Below are positions 26,575-39,711 of a stretch of DNA of 64,000 bases, in pieces. Under the pieces are notes generated by a model, which was not told the origin of the DNA, did not search any database, and saw only the letters and a program-made list of their open reading frames with translations. Each line of letters opens with the position of its first letter. Position 1 is the stretch's first letter. The DNA comes from Okamejei kenojei (lineage: Eukaryota): the NCBI GenBank assembly GCA_035221665.1, contig CM069131.1, forward strand, positions 173,476,001 to 173,540,000, given 5' to 3'. The position numbers and the translations under genes were made by a program.

Positions 26575-26878
26575 TTTGTTTAGAGATACATCGCGGAAAC
26601 AGGCGATTCGGCCCACCGAGCCCGTGCCGACCAGAGATAACCGCACATTAACACTATACCACTTGGAACTATTTTTACATTTAAGAAGCCAATTAACATA
26701 CATACCTGAACGTCTTTGGAGTGTGGGAGGAAACCGAAGATTTCCGAGAAAGCACATACGGGTCATGGGGAGAACGTACAAACTCCATACAGACAGCACC
26801 CATAGACGGGATCGAACCCAGGTTTCCGGCGCTGCATTCGCTGTAAGGCAGTAACTACCGATGCGCCACTGTGACCGC
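26575..26878 (-). mobile_element. tRNA-derived V-SINE
   Basis: Reverse-complement B box GGGATCGAACC, A box and V-domain. Confidence 0.85.
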
Positions 26879-27793
26879 CCATTCAAAACTAGTATTATAC
26901 TTGTATCTGTTTGTTACATGTTATAATACAAATGCGCCTCGAATCTTCTGGCAATCTGGGTATTTGACATCGATGTAATTCAGCTCCACTTCCTTTCACC
27001 CTTCACCCCCTCCATTCTCGTCTCCTCCTTCCCTCTCCCCACCTCCAACCTATCATTTCCCAAACCCTGTTTCCAACTCTCTGCAACAGCACTTCATAGC
27101 TGGTCTCCACTACAAGCTACCTGCTCTAATCTAGTTAAAATCAGGAAAACATTCAGATCATTTTGCATCTGTCAAGTGGGAAATGATGACTTTCAGCCTG
27201 AATAAAGCATGCGGATTTAACACCATTCACTGGTGAAAGTATTGAAATACAAAGAAGAGCAATACAGGTCATAGTAAAGTTAAAATTGATTTAAATTGCT
27301 GAGTAGATTTAATAATCAGTCCACTTTCTTCTGTAAACTGCTCAATAAAACTACACGAGTAGTCCCCCATAATTCTGTGCATCACATCATCAATTACAAT
27401 TTCCATCCATTACCATACAATTACCATAACATACATTAAACATTTATATTTTGTACAAATGTAGCAACTGGTGTAAAAAATACATAATTAAATACTTTAC
27501 AAAAAATAATGTACACTGATCAATTTTTTATTCCTGAAATTGACAATAGACAATAGGTGCAGGAGTGGGCCATTCGGCCCTTCGAGCCAGCAATGTGATC
27601 ATGGCTGATCATCCACAATCAGTACCCCGTTCCTGCCTTCTCCCCATAGCCCTTAACTCCGCTATCCCTAGGAGCTCTATTGAAATCTGTAGAAAGCAGC
27701 AGATAGGAGCTAAATATTTCTGTTGCAAAAGACTTGATAGCTGAAACGTAGCATGGTCACAATACAGAGACGTTTCTCCGCCTTTTGCCCGCC

Positions 27794-27887
27794 TTAATGC
27801 AATGCATAGTTGAACTGATTCGCAAACTTTTCATGTTTTCTTTTGTCGATAAAGGCCATTGCTTCGGAGACTCGTTTGATTGAAGCT
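27794..27887 (-). CDS. UVSSA: UV-stimulated scaffold protein A, last coding exon
   Basis: TTTCTCTTTGCAG acceptor. Encodes (K)ASIKRVSEAMAFIDKRKHEKFANQFNYALH*, matching the conserved UVSSA C-terminus KHEKF.NQFNYAL. Minus-strand AATAAA at 27527-27532. Confidence 0.94.
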
Positions 27888-28799
27888 CTGCAAAGAGAAA
27901 CAAATAAAATTTGGTATTGTTCATATTTAGAGTTTGCTCTTGTGACATTACTGAATTTGATCAGCAGATATTATAGAATGTTAAAACAGCTTTAGCCCAC
28001 ACCTTCACTGCTGCAAAAATAACAACGTCAAGACCACCTGCTGCAATGGACAAACTAAATAATTCAGGTCAAACAGCCTCAGTGGAGAGGTGAACTTAGT
28101 TCATGTTTCAGATAAATAAACGTTGGCCAGAATTGCCGGCCGAAATGCCACCCGAACTGCTGAGTATTTCCAGAGTTTATATTTCAGATGTCTCGCACTT
28201 GTACTATTTTGCTTTTGTTTCAAATTAAATGGCTATTAGAAGCTTCCTTAGTGTGGGTTACGACTTCAACTTTTTTTAAAGGAACGCAAAAATATGATGT
28301 CCTTCAGTTCAATTAAAATTTTGGAAATAACTGTTGGATAAGTGTAATAAAGTGAAAGGAGTTCTGTTGGAAGATACATCTGCAGTCGTATTCAGGCCTT
28401 AAGAAGAGATAATGAATACTATCAATGAATTTCAAACAACTGGGGAGTACCAATTGGGGAAGAAGAATGGCATAGAAATTGAAAAGCATATTTAAATTTG
28501 ACACATCATTGATTAAAAAATGACAACAAAATAATTTGCAAAACACTCATTACAGGAGAGTCCCGGTGATGGATTGTGGAATGGGACAGTGACAGTAAAA
28601 TTCAACCTGGACTGAAGCAAAACATTGGCTGTTTTGGATCAGCCATCCATGGTTCTTTTTGCCTTTCCATCGACTTCCATGTACGAAGTCCAACTGGAAT
28701 ATATAATGAATCGCTGATGTATGGTGAAAATTGGGTTATGCATTTGTTTGGACGGCTTATTCACAACTTTTAAAAATGACTATTTTACCCTCCAACAGG

Positions 28800-29150
28800 T
28801 AGTTTAGTTTATGTGTACCGAAGTACAGTGAAAAGCTTTTTTGTTACGTGCTATCCAGTCAACGAAAAGATTCTACATAATTGCAATCAAGCTGTCCACA
28901 GTGTACAGACAAAGGTTACAACATTTAGTGTGAGATAAAGTCTGATTAGGCATAGTGCAAAGGTATCAAAAGCAGTAGATGGGAGGAGCATTCCAGCTGC
29001 TGAGAGAACAGTTCAGTTGCCTGATAACAGCTGGGAATAAACTGTCTCTGAATCTGGAGGTGTGCATTTTCAAACCTCTGTACCTCTTGCCTAATGGGAG
29101 AAGAGAAGAGAGAAGAGGGAACGACCGGGGTGAGACTGGTCACGTTTGAG
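28800..29150 (-). mobile_element. Rex1/L2-type LINE 3' fragment
   Basis: Minus-strand LPLGKRYRGLKMHTSRFRDSLFPAVIR motif and short-repeat tail. Related pieces at about 9060-9210, 26340-26465 and 47990-48210. Confidence 0.7.
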
Positions 29151-29384
29151 ATGCCAAAGATTAAAAACAAAATGAACAAATTTTAAAGCAATACAAAAGG
29201 CCTGGAGATTTCAGCATCTCTCTATAAAGTGCTTTACTCTTCTTCAAGGTGCAGATTTTTTTTACCATGGAATATCTTAGCAAATGGAGGTGTCACTCAA
29301 TTAGGTTGTAACATTGAATAGTTAATCTGCTCATCAACTACATGCTAAATAATAATAAGCAAACTAACACAATCAAATGTACAA

Positions 29385-30480
29385 ATCTTCTGAACATTTC
29401 ATTAACCATATAAACCATATAACAATTACAGCACGGAGACAGGCCCTCTCGGCCCTTCCAGTCCATGCCGACCATTTGTTTTCCCCTAGTCCCATCTACC
29501 TGCACTCAGACCATACCCCTCCATTCCCTTCACGTCCATATACCTATCCACTTTACTTTTAAATGTTAAAATCGATCCTGCCTCCACCACCTCTGCTGGA
29601 AGCTCATTCCACACAGCCACCACCCTCTGAGTAAAGAAGTTCCCCCTCACGTTACCCCTAAACTTCTGTCCCTTAATTCTCATGTCATGTCCTCTTGTTT
29701 GAATCTTCCTTACCCTCAATGGGAAAAGCTTATCCACGTCAACTCTGTCTATCCCTTTCATCATTTTAAAGACCTCAATCAAGTCCCCCCTTAACCTTCT
29801 GCGCTCCAAAGAATAAAGACCAAACTTGTACATCCTTTCTCTGTAACATAGTTGCTGGAACCCTGGCAACATTCTAGTAAATCTCCTCTGTACTCTCTCT
29901 ATTTTGTTGACATCCTTCCTATAACTAGGCGACCAAAATTGTACACCATACTCCAGAATTGGTCTTACCAATGCCTTGTACAATTTTAACATTACTTCCC
30001 TACTCCTATATTCAATGCTCTGATTTATAAAGGCCAGCACACCAAAGGCTTTCTTTACCACCCTATCTACATGCGATTCCACCTTCAGGGAACTATGCAC
30101 AGTTATTCCTAGATCCCTCTGTTCCACAGCATTCCTCAATTCCCTACCATTTACCATGTACGTCCTATTTTGATTTGTCCTGCCAAGATGTAGCACTTCA
30201 CACTTATCAGCATTAAACTCCATCTGCCATCTTTCAGCCCACTTTTCCAAATGGCCCAAATCTCTCTGTAGACTTTGAGAATCTACTTCATTATCCACAA
30301 TACCACCTATCTTAGTATCATCTGCATACTTACTTATCCAATTTTCCACCCCATCATCCAGATCATTGATGTACATGACAAACAACAGTGGACCCAACAC
30401 AGATCCCTGAGGCACCCCACTGGTCACCGGCTTCCAACCTGACAAACAGCCATCCACCATTACTCTCTGACATCTCCCAC
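29385..30480 (-). mobile_element. Young 5'-truncated CR1 LINE (open 324-aa RT C-terminal half)
   Basis: GVPQGSVLGP and YADD motifs, uninterrupted to the stop codon. (ATATGGTT)n tail. Confidence 0.93.
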
Positions 30481-32911
30481 TTATGGCTGTGATTTTTGGT
30501 CATCTTACTCAGAGTTCCCATCCGCTGCGCTGGACAAGAGAATTTTTTCCATCAATGAAAAATAAAAGAGTTATTAGTGTTTAAAATATGTTGAGATTTT
30601 CTCTCTCCTGAAGGCCATGCCCCTTCCAGAGGAACTATAAAACCTGTGTTGAGTGCCTCAGTCAGTCTCTGGAAGATGGGGGAGCGAGAAAGTCACTTCT
30701 CTCATTCTGAGCTGTGAATAACACTGAACACGTCTTCTAAACTGTGAGTGGTTTTACTGACCTATCAGTGCCCTTAATGTGGCTTGAAAATATAGTTTGG
30801 AAATGCTAAAGCTGTGTTGCCTTTGGTTTGGAAATGCTAAAGCTGTGTTGCCTTTGGTTTGGAAATGCTAAAGCTGTGTTGCCTATGGTTTGGAAATGCT
30901 AAAGCTGTGTTGCCTTTGGTTTGGAAATGCCAAAATTGTGTTGCCTTTGGTTTGAAATGCCAAAGCTGTGCTGCCTTTGGTTTGGAAATGCCAAAACTGT
31001 GTTGCCTTTGGTTTGGAAATGCCAAAGCTGTGTTGTCTTTGGTTTGGAAATGCTAAAGCTGTGATGCCTAATTAACATCTCATCTTGACCACTTCCTGTT
31101 TGCGCTTTATATTGATTTTAGAAAAAACGCTACCATGTACGGCTGTGATTCTTGGCCATCTTACTCGGAGTCCCCCTCCGCTCATCAGGTGCTGAGGATT
31201 TTTCCCATCAATGAAAAATAAAAGATTTATTAGTGTTTAAAAAATGTTGAGATTCTTTGTCAATCACTCCATGAAGGCCACACCCCTTCTGGTGGGATGG
31301 GGAAGGACTATAAAACCCAGAAGTGTGGGTGTGGATCTGTCTCTGCAAGATGGAGGAGGAAGAGGTCACAACTCGCTGTCTTTAGTGGCCTTGCACCCTG
31401 CTTGAAATGGCATGAAACTGCACTTGAATTTGGTCGCCTTGTACACTGCTTGAAGTGGTATGAAACTGCACTTGAATTTGGCGACCTTGTACCCTGCTTG
31501 AAATGGAATTTCAAGGAATAGCCGTGAGTCAACTGCTAGCCCACCAGCCGTGAGCGAGTGAGCTGCCAGCAGAACAGGCTTGAGTGACTGAGACGCCAGC
31601 CCAATAATCCATTTGGCCCACAATGTCTATACTAGCCCTCTGGAAACCAGTCCCTTCAGCCCACAACACCCATACTAGCGCTCCAGAAAGGCCTACCCCC
31701 CAAACGGGCCACCAATATTGGAATTGGTGGAGAGGTGGAATATTGCGTTGGGGGACCAGCCCTCCTGTGTGATGCCAGGACCCAACGGGTCCCACTTAGT
31801 CTAGTATATTACTAAAACTCTCATCTTGTTTGTTTCTATCTATCTGTTTGTTATCCCACGTGATCCTGAAATTACGCCAAAACGATACATGATAGTGCTA
31901 AAATGTTTGCACTACCTTAATCATAATTGTCCTGTGGTTGTTTTGTGTCAAGTTTCGTTCAGATTTATGTTATATTTCACAAGTTAGATTTTCACATTGT
32001 TAGATTTACAAAACCCCAATTTGAGAAAAAAATCTTCCCTGTGCTTACAGCTATGACGTCACAATGTGATTGTAGCCCTGCTCGCATCATTGTTGCTATC
32101 CAAGTACACCGAGTCCTGCTAGCTGTAGCAGGCGCCAATGCATTTTTCTTAAAGTTACAATACACTGTATTTGTTTTAAAAATTAAAATGAGGAGGGTGA
32201 ATATGGCAAAATGAGCAGCCCCTGCGCAGTTGGGGGCTATGGATGAGTGGTGGAATATTGTGTTGGGGTAACGGGTTGTGTTGCGGAAACGGTTGAGTGG
32301 TAGAATATTGCCTTGGGGACGGGCTGCGTTGGGGGACCAGGCCTCCCGTGGGGGCTATGGGTGAGTGGTGGAATATTGTGATGGGGGAACGGGTTGCGTT
32401 GAGGGACCAGGCCTCCCGTGTGACAGGGACCCAACGGGTCCCACTTGGTCCAGTATAAATATAAATAATAAACAAATATTACTAAAACTCTCATCTTGTT
32501 TGTTTCTATGTCTGTCTGTGAGGATTGTGATCCTGAAATTACGCCAAAACAGTACACGATAGCGCTACATTACTCACCATTGTCTTGTGGTGTACTGTTG
32601 CAAGTTTTGTTCAGATCGATGGTATATTTTACAAGGGGTTATGGAGGGAGGGAGGGAGGAAGGGAGTGACTGAGGGTAGAGGAAAGGAGAGGGAGGAAGA
32701 GGTGAAGGAGTAAAGGAGGAAAGGGGAAAGGAGGGTGAAGAGGAGGAATGGAGGAGGATAGCGGCAGGAAGAAGGATGGCGAGGAGCACTTGATGCACGT
32801 TACAACAGGAACCCGTCAGCCAGCCTGCTCAGTTGGGGGCTATGGGCGAGTGGTGGAATATTGCGTTCACGGATCAGCCCTCTTGTGTGACAGCGACTCC
32901 CACTGGTCTAG
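30481..32911 (+). mobile_element. Tandem array of non-autonomous Helitron-like units
   Basis: Repeated 3' ends with hairpin GGACCCAACGGGTCC then CTAG or CCAG (31801, 32450, degenerate at 32908). Repeated starts TATTACTAAAACTCTCATCTTG at about 31807 and 32477. Internal duplication 30481-30650 versus 31138-31320. Confidence 0.72.
30795..31065. repeat. Minisatellite, about 9 copies of an approximately 31-bp unit GTTTGGAAATGCTAAAGCTGTGTTGCCTTTG
   Basis: Directly adjacent units with no spacers. Confidence 0.95.
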
Positions 32912-32932
32912 TATATATATGTATATATATAT

Positions 32933-34393
32933 TGCGGCGGGACTCGCAGATGTGCAGCCAGGAATGAAACGGACACAAAATTTGTGTAATCAATCGGTCT
33001 TTAATGGTTCTCACAGTACAGCTCCTTACTCCTTCACCCGGGCATGGGCACTGCCGTGACCTACATCTCCCGTCATAGAGACACTTGACTCCCCCATCCA
33101 GAGCCGAGGGTTCACACTCCGCATGGCTCACCTCATCAGGTGCCCCCACATGACCCCCCCCGAACCAGAGGTGCCGAAACGGACGGGACGCTGAACGAGG
33201 AGGCCAGATCTCTTACATACAGCCCCATGCACAGGGGAACCACCCGGTTTGGAAGAATTCAGGGGAACCAGGGACGGTGGACGCCCCCGACGGCGAGGTT
33301 GAGCCATCTTGTACTGGCTCGGTCAGGTCCAAATGGGCCGGCTTCAATCGAGCCACAGACACAATTGCTTACGGCCCATGTCCAAAACAGCTCTCGAAAG
33401 GGATCCTCATATAGGCACTGCAAGGGCGACCTGTCCTCGAGCACCGATGGCACATGGAATGGAGCCACCGCATGATGAGACGTTGGGACGGGAGATAGGG
33501 CGCCGACCCTCTCCCGCAAGCGCACCAACACAGATGACGACGGCTCCTGGGACCCATTAACGGCCAAGATAAATTCCCAGTGAACTGGGCACCCAGGTCG
33601 GTAGTGATGTCCAGCGGCACCCCGAAGCGGGCAATCCAATTGGCCATGAGGGCATGACTGGATAGAAGTGTCCATGAGCGGGATGGCCTCCAGCCACTGC
33701 ATAGAACGGTCCATCACCATCAGCCGGGACGCCTCAGGACGAAGGCAGCGGCCCCACGATGTCCACGTGCATGCGGTTGAAGCACCTGTGAGGCACCTTT
33801 GATGTTTGGCACAGAATGCACGCCCGGGCCCAGCAACCAATTTGCTTCCGCAACCCGTGCCACATGAACGTTGCGGCCACCATTCGGTGGCCCAGATAGA
33901 TGGGTGGGCCAACCCATGAATTACGTCAAAAATCCGACGGCGCTAGGCCGCCGGAGCTATAGGCCATGGCTGCCCCGTGGACAAGTTGCATAGCACGGTA
34001 CCGCCGGAGGGACCCAACGGCACGTTCTCGAGCACCAAACCCAAGATCGCAGTTCGATATGCCGGCATCTCCTCGTCCACCAGCTGCACCGCAGCCAAGG
34101 CGGAGTAGTCTATTCCGGGGGCCACGTCGAGAATGGCTGCGATAGCCGGGCGAGGCAAGGTGTCCGCAACCAGGTTACATTTATCGGCGATGTGTCGGAT
34201 GTCGGTGGTGAAATAGACATGAGCTGGCGCTGCTGGCGGGCCAAGGATCCGAGACCTTGGCGAACTCAAAGGTGAGGGGCTTATGGTCTGTGAAAGCAAC
34301 AAAGTGACGGCCCTCTAGGAAATACCAGAAGTGCCGTACTGCCACGTGCAAGGCGAGCAGCTCCCGGTAAAATGCACTACATCATTGCTCCGC
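32933..34393 (-). mobile_element. Gypsy LTR retrotransposon remnant (RNase H, integrase, PPT, 3' LTR)
   Basis: Motifs RELLA..AVRHF..FLEGRHF..FTDHKPL, DIRHIADKCNLVADTLPR and WIARFGVPLDITTDLGAQF. G-rich PPT at about 33154-33161, next to a TG...CA LTR at 32933-33150. Confidence 0.85.
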
Positions 34394-34802
34394 CAGACTA
34401 CAAGGATAAGGTGCAAGAGTACCTCAAAACAGTACCGGCGTTGGGTCTCGGTAAAGGGGGACGAAAAACTGTCGAGTTGGTAGATTCCTTTTGCGCGATG
34501 TTTATAATAAAGTAACTAGCTTTTCTATTTTCCTTCTCGCTCTTTCCCTTTTTCTTCTTCTCCAGGGTCTATCTCTTAAAATCCTTTCTCTAATTCTTTG
34601 ACCAAGGGTTCCCTTTCCCTTTGGCACGCTTTTTCTCTTTCACAGTTCTTTTTCACTTTCTCTACTTTCTCTGTTTCTATTTCTTTCTTTTTTCTTTTTT
34701 CTAAAGCCTTAAAAAATTAAGGGGTACAATGATTGTAATAATATACATGGGATGTACACTGATGTAATTTACGGAACCTCTAATAAATAAAGATTTTAAA
34801 AA
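34394..34802 (+). mobile_element. Polyadenylated retroposed insert (L1-like 3' end)
   Basis: 13-bp TSD ATCATTGCTCCGC at 34381-34393 and 34803-34815. T-rich body, AATAAA and A-rich tail. Confidence 0.7.
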
Positions 34803-34815
34803 ATCATTGCTCCGC

Positions 34816-37381
34816 TAGTGGGTGTTGTGTACAGGCCACCTAACAGTAGTAGTGGAGTTGGGGATGGCATCAAACAGGAAATTAGAAATGCGTGCAACGA
34901 AGGTAAAACCGTTATAATGGGTGACTTCAATCTACATATAGATTGGGTGAATCAAATTGGCAGGGGTGCTGAGGAAGAGGATTTCTTGGAATGTATGCGG
35001 GATAGTTTTCTACACCAACATGTTGAGGAACCAACAAGAGAGCAGGATATTGACTGGATATTGAGTAATGAGGAAGGGTTAGCTAGCAGCCTTGTTGTGC
35101 GCGGCCCCTTGGGTAAGAGTGACCATAATATGGTTGAGTTCTTCATTAGGGTGGAGAGTGACATTGTTAATTCAGAAACACGGGTCCTGTACTTAAAGAA
35201 ATGTAACTTTGAGGGTATGAGACGTGAATTGGCCAAGATGGACTGGCAATTGATTCTTGAAGGGTTGATGGTGGATATGCAATGGAAGGCATTTAAAGAC
35301 TGCATGGATGAACTACAACAATTGTTCATCCCAGTATGGCAAAAGAATAAATCAGGGAAGGTGGCGCATCCGTGGATAACGAGGGAAATCAGGGATAGTA
35401 TCAAAGAAAAAGATGAAGCGTACAAATTAGCCAGAAAAGGCAGCCTACCAGGGGACTGGGAGAAATTCAGAGACCAACAGAGGAGGACAAAGGGCTTAAT
35501 TAGGAAAGGGAAAATGGAGTATGAAAGAAAACTGGCAGGAAACATAAAAACTGACTGCAAACGTTTTTATAGATATGTGAAGCGCAAAAGATTAGTTAAA
35601 ACAAATGTAGGTCCCTTGCAGTCAGAAACGGGTGAATTGATCATGGGGAACAAGGACATGGCAGACCAATTGAATAACTACTTTGGTTCTGTCTTCACTA
35701 AGGAAGAGGTAAATAATTTGCCGGAAATAGCAGGGGATCGCGGGTCAAATGAGATGGAGGAAATGAGTGAAATCCAGGTTAGCCGGAAAGTGGTGTTAGG
35801 TAAATTGAATGGATTAAAGGCCGATAAATCCCCAGGGCCAGATAGGCTGCATCCCAGGGTACTTAAGGAAGTAGCCCCAGAAATAGCAGATGCCTTAGTG
35901 ATAATTTTTCAAAACTCTTTAGATTCTGGAGTAGTTCCTGAGGATTTGAGGGTAGCTAATGTAACACCACTTTTTAAAAATGGAGGGAGAGAGAAAACGG
36001 GGAATTACAGACCAGTTAGTCTAACATCGGTAGTGGGGAAACTGCTAGAGTCAATTATTGAAGATGGGATAGCAGCGCATTTGGAAAGTGGTGAAATCAT
36101 TGGACAAAGTCAGCATGGATTTACGAAGGGTAAATCATGTCTGACGAATCTTATTGAATTTTTTGAGGATGTAACTAGTAGAGTGGATAAGGGAGAAGCA
36201 GTGGATGTGTTGTATCTGGACTTTCAGAAGGCTTTCGACAAGGTCCCACACAAGAGATTGGTATACAAACTTAAAGCACACGGTATTGGTGGTTCAGTAT
36301 TGATGTGGATAGAGAACTGGCTGGTAGACAGGAAGCAAAGAGTAGGAGTGAACGGGTCCTTTTCAGGATGGCAGACAGTGACTAGTGGGGTGCCGCAAGG
36401 CTCAGTGCTGGGATCCCAGCTATTTACAATATACATTAATGATTTGGACGAGGGAATTAAATGCAACATTGTTGGCAGTGTTAGCTGTGACGAGGATGCT
36501 AGGAGGCTGCAGGATGACTTGGATAGACTGGGTGAGTGGGCAAATGCATGGCAGATGCAGTATAATGTGGATAAATGTGAGGTTATCCACTTTGGTGGCA
36601 AAAACAGGAAAGGTAGACTATTATTTGAATGGTGACCGATTAGGAAAAGGGGAGATGCAGCGAGACCTGGGTGTCATGGTACACCAGTCATTGAAAGTAG
36701 GCATGCAGGTGCAGCAGGCTGTGAAGAAAGCGAATGGTATGTTGGCATTCATAGCAAAAGGATTTGAGTACAAGAGCAGGGAGGTTCTACTGCAGTTGTA
36801 CAGGGTCTTGGTGAGGCCACACCTGCAGTATTGCGTCCAGTTTTGGTCTCCTAATCTGAGGAAAGACATTCTTGACATAGAGGGAGTACAGAGAAGGTTC
36901 ACCAGACTGATTCCTGGGATGGCACGACTCCCATATGAAGAAAGACTGGATAGACTCGGCTTGTACTCGCTGGAATTTAGAAGATTGAGGGGTGATCTCA
37001 TAGAGACTTACAAAATTCTTAAGGGGTTGGACAGGCTAGATGCAGGAAGATTGTTCCCGATGTTGGGGAAGTCCAGGACAAGGGGTCACAGTTTATGGAT
37101 AAGGGGGAAGTCTTTTAGGACCGAGATGAGAAAATCGTTTTTCACACAGAGAGTGGTGAATCTGTGGAATTCTCTGCCACAGAAGGTAGTTGAGGCCAGT
37201 TCGTTGGCCATATTTAAGAGGGAGTTGGATGTGGCCCTTGTGGCTGAAGGGATCAGAGGGTATGGAGAGAAGGCAGGTACAGGATACCGAGTTGGATGAT
37301 CAGCCATGATCATATTGAATGGCGGTGCAGGATCGAAGGGCCGAATGGCCTGCTCCTGCACCTAATTTCTGTGTTTCTATA
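34816..37381 (+). mobile_element. CR1 LINE ORF2 (APE endonuclease and RT), frameshifted
   Basis: GVVYRPP, IMGDFN, SDH, KSPGPD, NYRPVSLTS, QHGF, YLDFQKAFDKV and GVPQGSVLG motifs. A small deletion removes FADD. 3' UTR with TTTCTAT tail. Confidence 0.95.
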
Positions 37382-38234
37382 TGTATATACATATACTACT
37401 GAACTTTTTTTTCTCTCTCTCATTTATGATATTGTTCACAGTGTACTATGTTTACATATTCTGTTCTGCTGCAGCAAGTACGAACTTCATTGTTTTATCT
37501 GGGACATATGGCTATAAAACACTCTTGACTCTTTCTTGATAATGTTTAGAGAGTATTCCTGGCAAAATCCAAGCTGGCTGTCAGCAAATAGGTGAGTAAG
37601 CTCCAATTGATGACATCATTTTGCTGATTAGTGCGAGAAGACTGAAAGTGTGAGAATTAGCTCGATTGGATTTGTCCTGCTTTTTGTGAACAAGACATAC
37701 TTGGGAAACTTACCACATTGCCAGGTCAATGCCAGTGTTGTAAATGTTCTGGAACAACTTAGTTACAGGCACAGCATGTTCTGGAGCATAGATATTTTGC
37801 TACTATTCATCGCTACAGCTGGGATGTTGACAGTAATGATATAAATGATTATTAGCTTGCTCTGGCAATTCAGAAGACATTCATGGGTCAACTACATGGA
37901 TGGGTTTGGAGTGACATGTTGTATAGATGGGCAGGAGCAGATTGGCTCCCAATCATTAATCATTGTCCTGTTCCTTCCAGAATACACAAATTTAAATTCC
38001 AGAGCTACCATACTGGGATTTGATCTTGCGTATCTATATTGTTATTCCAAGCCACTCAAAATTGGTAGCACGAGAGGATTAGAATATAAAATATAGGATG
38101 TAATGCTATGGCTTTATCAGGCACTGATCGGGCCACATTTAGAATAATGTGAGCAGTTTTGGGCCCTATATCTGAACAAACAAATGCTGGCATTGGAGAG
38201 GGTCCAAAGGAGTCTTACAAGAATAATCCAGAGA

Positions 38235-38795
38235 TGGGTAGGAAGGAACTGCAGATGCTATTTTAGCTCAAAGATAGACAAAAAATGCTGGAGTAACTCA
38301 GCGTGTCGGGCAGCATCTCTGGAGAGAAGGAATGGGTGAAGTTTCGGGTTGAGGACCCTTCTTGAGACTGATGTCAGGGGAGAGGGAAAAAAGGAAATGT
38401 AGGGTGTGAAAACTAGACAAAGGGATTGGAGATCAAGGAAAATGTAGAATAGATTATTGTTAGCTAGGAGAATGTAACAAAGCCATCAGAGATAAAATGT
38501 AGTCGTTGACAGTAAGACCGGATCTGAGAACTGGGAAGGGGGCGGGATGGAGAGAGGGAAAGCAAGGGTTACTTGAAGTTAGAGAAGTTAATGTTCATAC
38601 CGCTGGGGTGCAAGCTGCCCAAGCAAAATATGAGGTGCTGTTCCTCTGATTTGCGCTGGGCCGGTCACTCTGACAATGGAGGAGGCCCAGAACAGAAATG
38701 TCAGTGTGGGAATGGGAGGGGTGTTAAAGTGTAGTTAAAGTAGATTTGGGCAGACTGAGTGGAGGTGTTCAACGGAACGATCGCCGAGCCTGCTC
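38235..38795 (-). mobile_element. Penelope-like element 3' part with GIY-YIG endonuclease C-terminal remnant
   Basis: Minus strand reads RLGDRSVEHLHSV...HFN..SHSHTDISVLGLLHCQS...RKSEEQHLIFCLGSLHPSGMNINFSNFK, then the same 3' region and degenerate hammerhead motif as the short copies. Confidence 0.82.
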
Positions 38796-38802
38796 TTTAT
38801 CT

Positions 38803-39711
38803 CCTCCATAATGTTTGGGACAAAGACCCATCATTTATTTATTTGCCTCTGTACTCCACAATTTGAGGTTTGTAATAGATAAAATCACATGTGGTTAAAT
38901 CAACTGTTTGCAACATCATTAAGAAGAGAGCACTGGTGAGCTTACTAATCGCAAAGGGACTGGCAGGCCAAGGAAGACCTCCACAGCTGATGAAAACAAT
39001 TCTCTCCATAATAAAGAAAAATCCCCAAACACCTGTCCGACAGATCAGAAACACTCATTAGGCGTCAGGTGTGGATTTGTCAATGACCACTGTCCGCAGA
39101 AGACTTCATGAACAGAAATGCAGATGCAAGATGCAAACCACTGGTTAGCTGCAAAAATAGGATGACCAGGTTACAGTTTGCCAGGAAAGAGCAAACACAG
39201 TTCTGGAAATAGGTCCTGTGGACAGATGTGACGAAGTTTAACATATCAGAGTGATGGCAAGAGCAAAGTATTGGGAAGAGAAGAACTGCCCAAGATGCAA
39301 AGCATACCACCTCATCTGTGAAACACATGTGTTATGGGTGTGTTATGGCCTGGGCATGTATGGTTGCTGAAGGTATTGGCTTACTTATCTTCATTGATGA
39401 TACAACTGCTGATGACAGTAGCATAATGTATTCTGAGGTGTATAGACAATATCTGACAATAGACAATAGGTGCAGGAGTAGGCCATTTGGCCCTTCGAGC
39501 CAGCACCGCCATTCAATATGATCATGGCTGATCATTCCCAATAAGTACCCCGTTCCTGCCTTCTCCCCATATCCCCTGACTCCGCTATTTTTAAGAGCCC
39601 TATCTAGCTCTCTTGAAAGCTATCTGCTCAAGTTCAAACAAATGCCTCAAAACTCATTGACCGGCGGTTCATTCTACACCAAGACAATGATCCCAAACAT
39701 ACTGCTAAAGC
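38803..39711 (+). mobile_element. Degenerate Tc1 transposon with a CR1-tail insert (about 39445-39620)
   Basis: Transposase motifs GTGRPRKTS, TTVRRRLHE, VLWTD.TK, VMAWACMVAEG.G.L.FID and QDNDPKHTAK. Confidence 0.8.

Noticed and set aside
30795-31065. Regular repeat of about 31 bp resembling a CRISPR array
   Set aside because: Units abut with no unique spacers, there are no cas genes, and the context is eukaryotic. It is a minisatellite.
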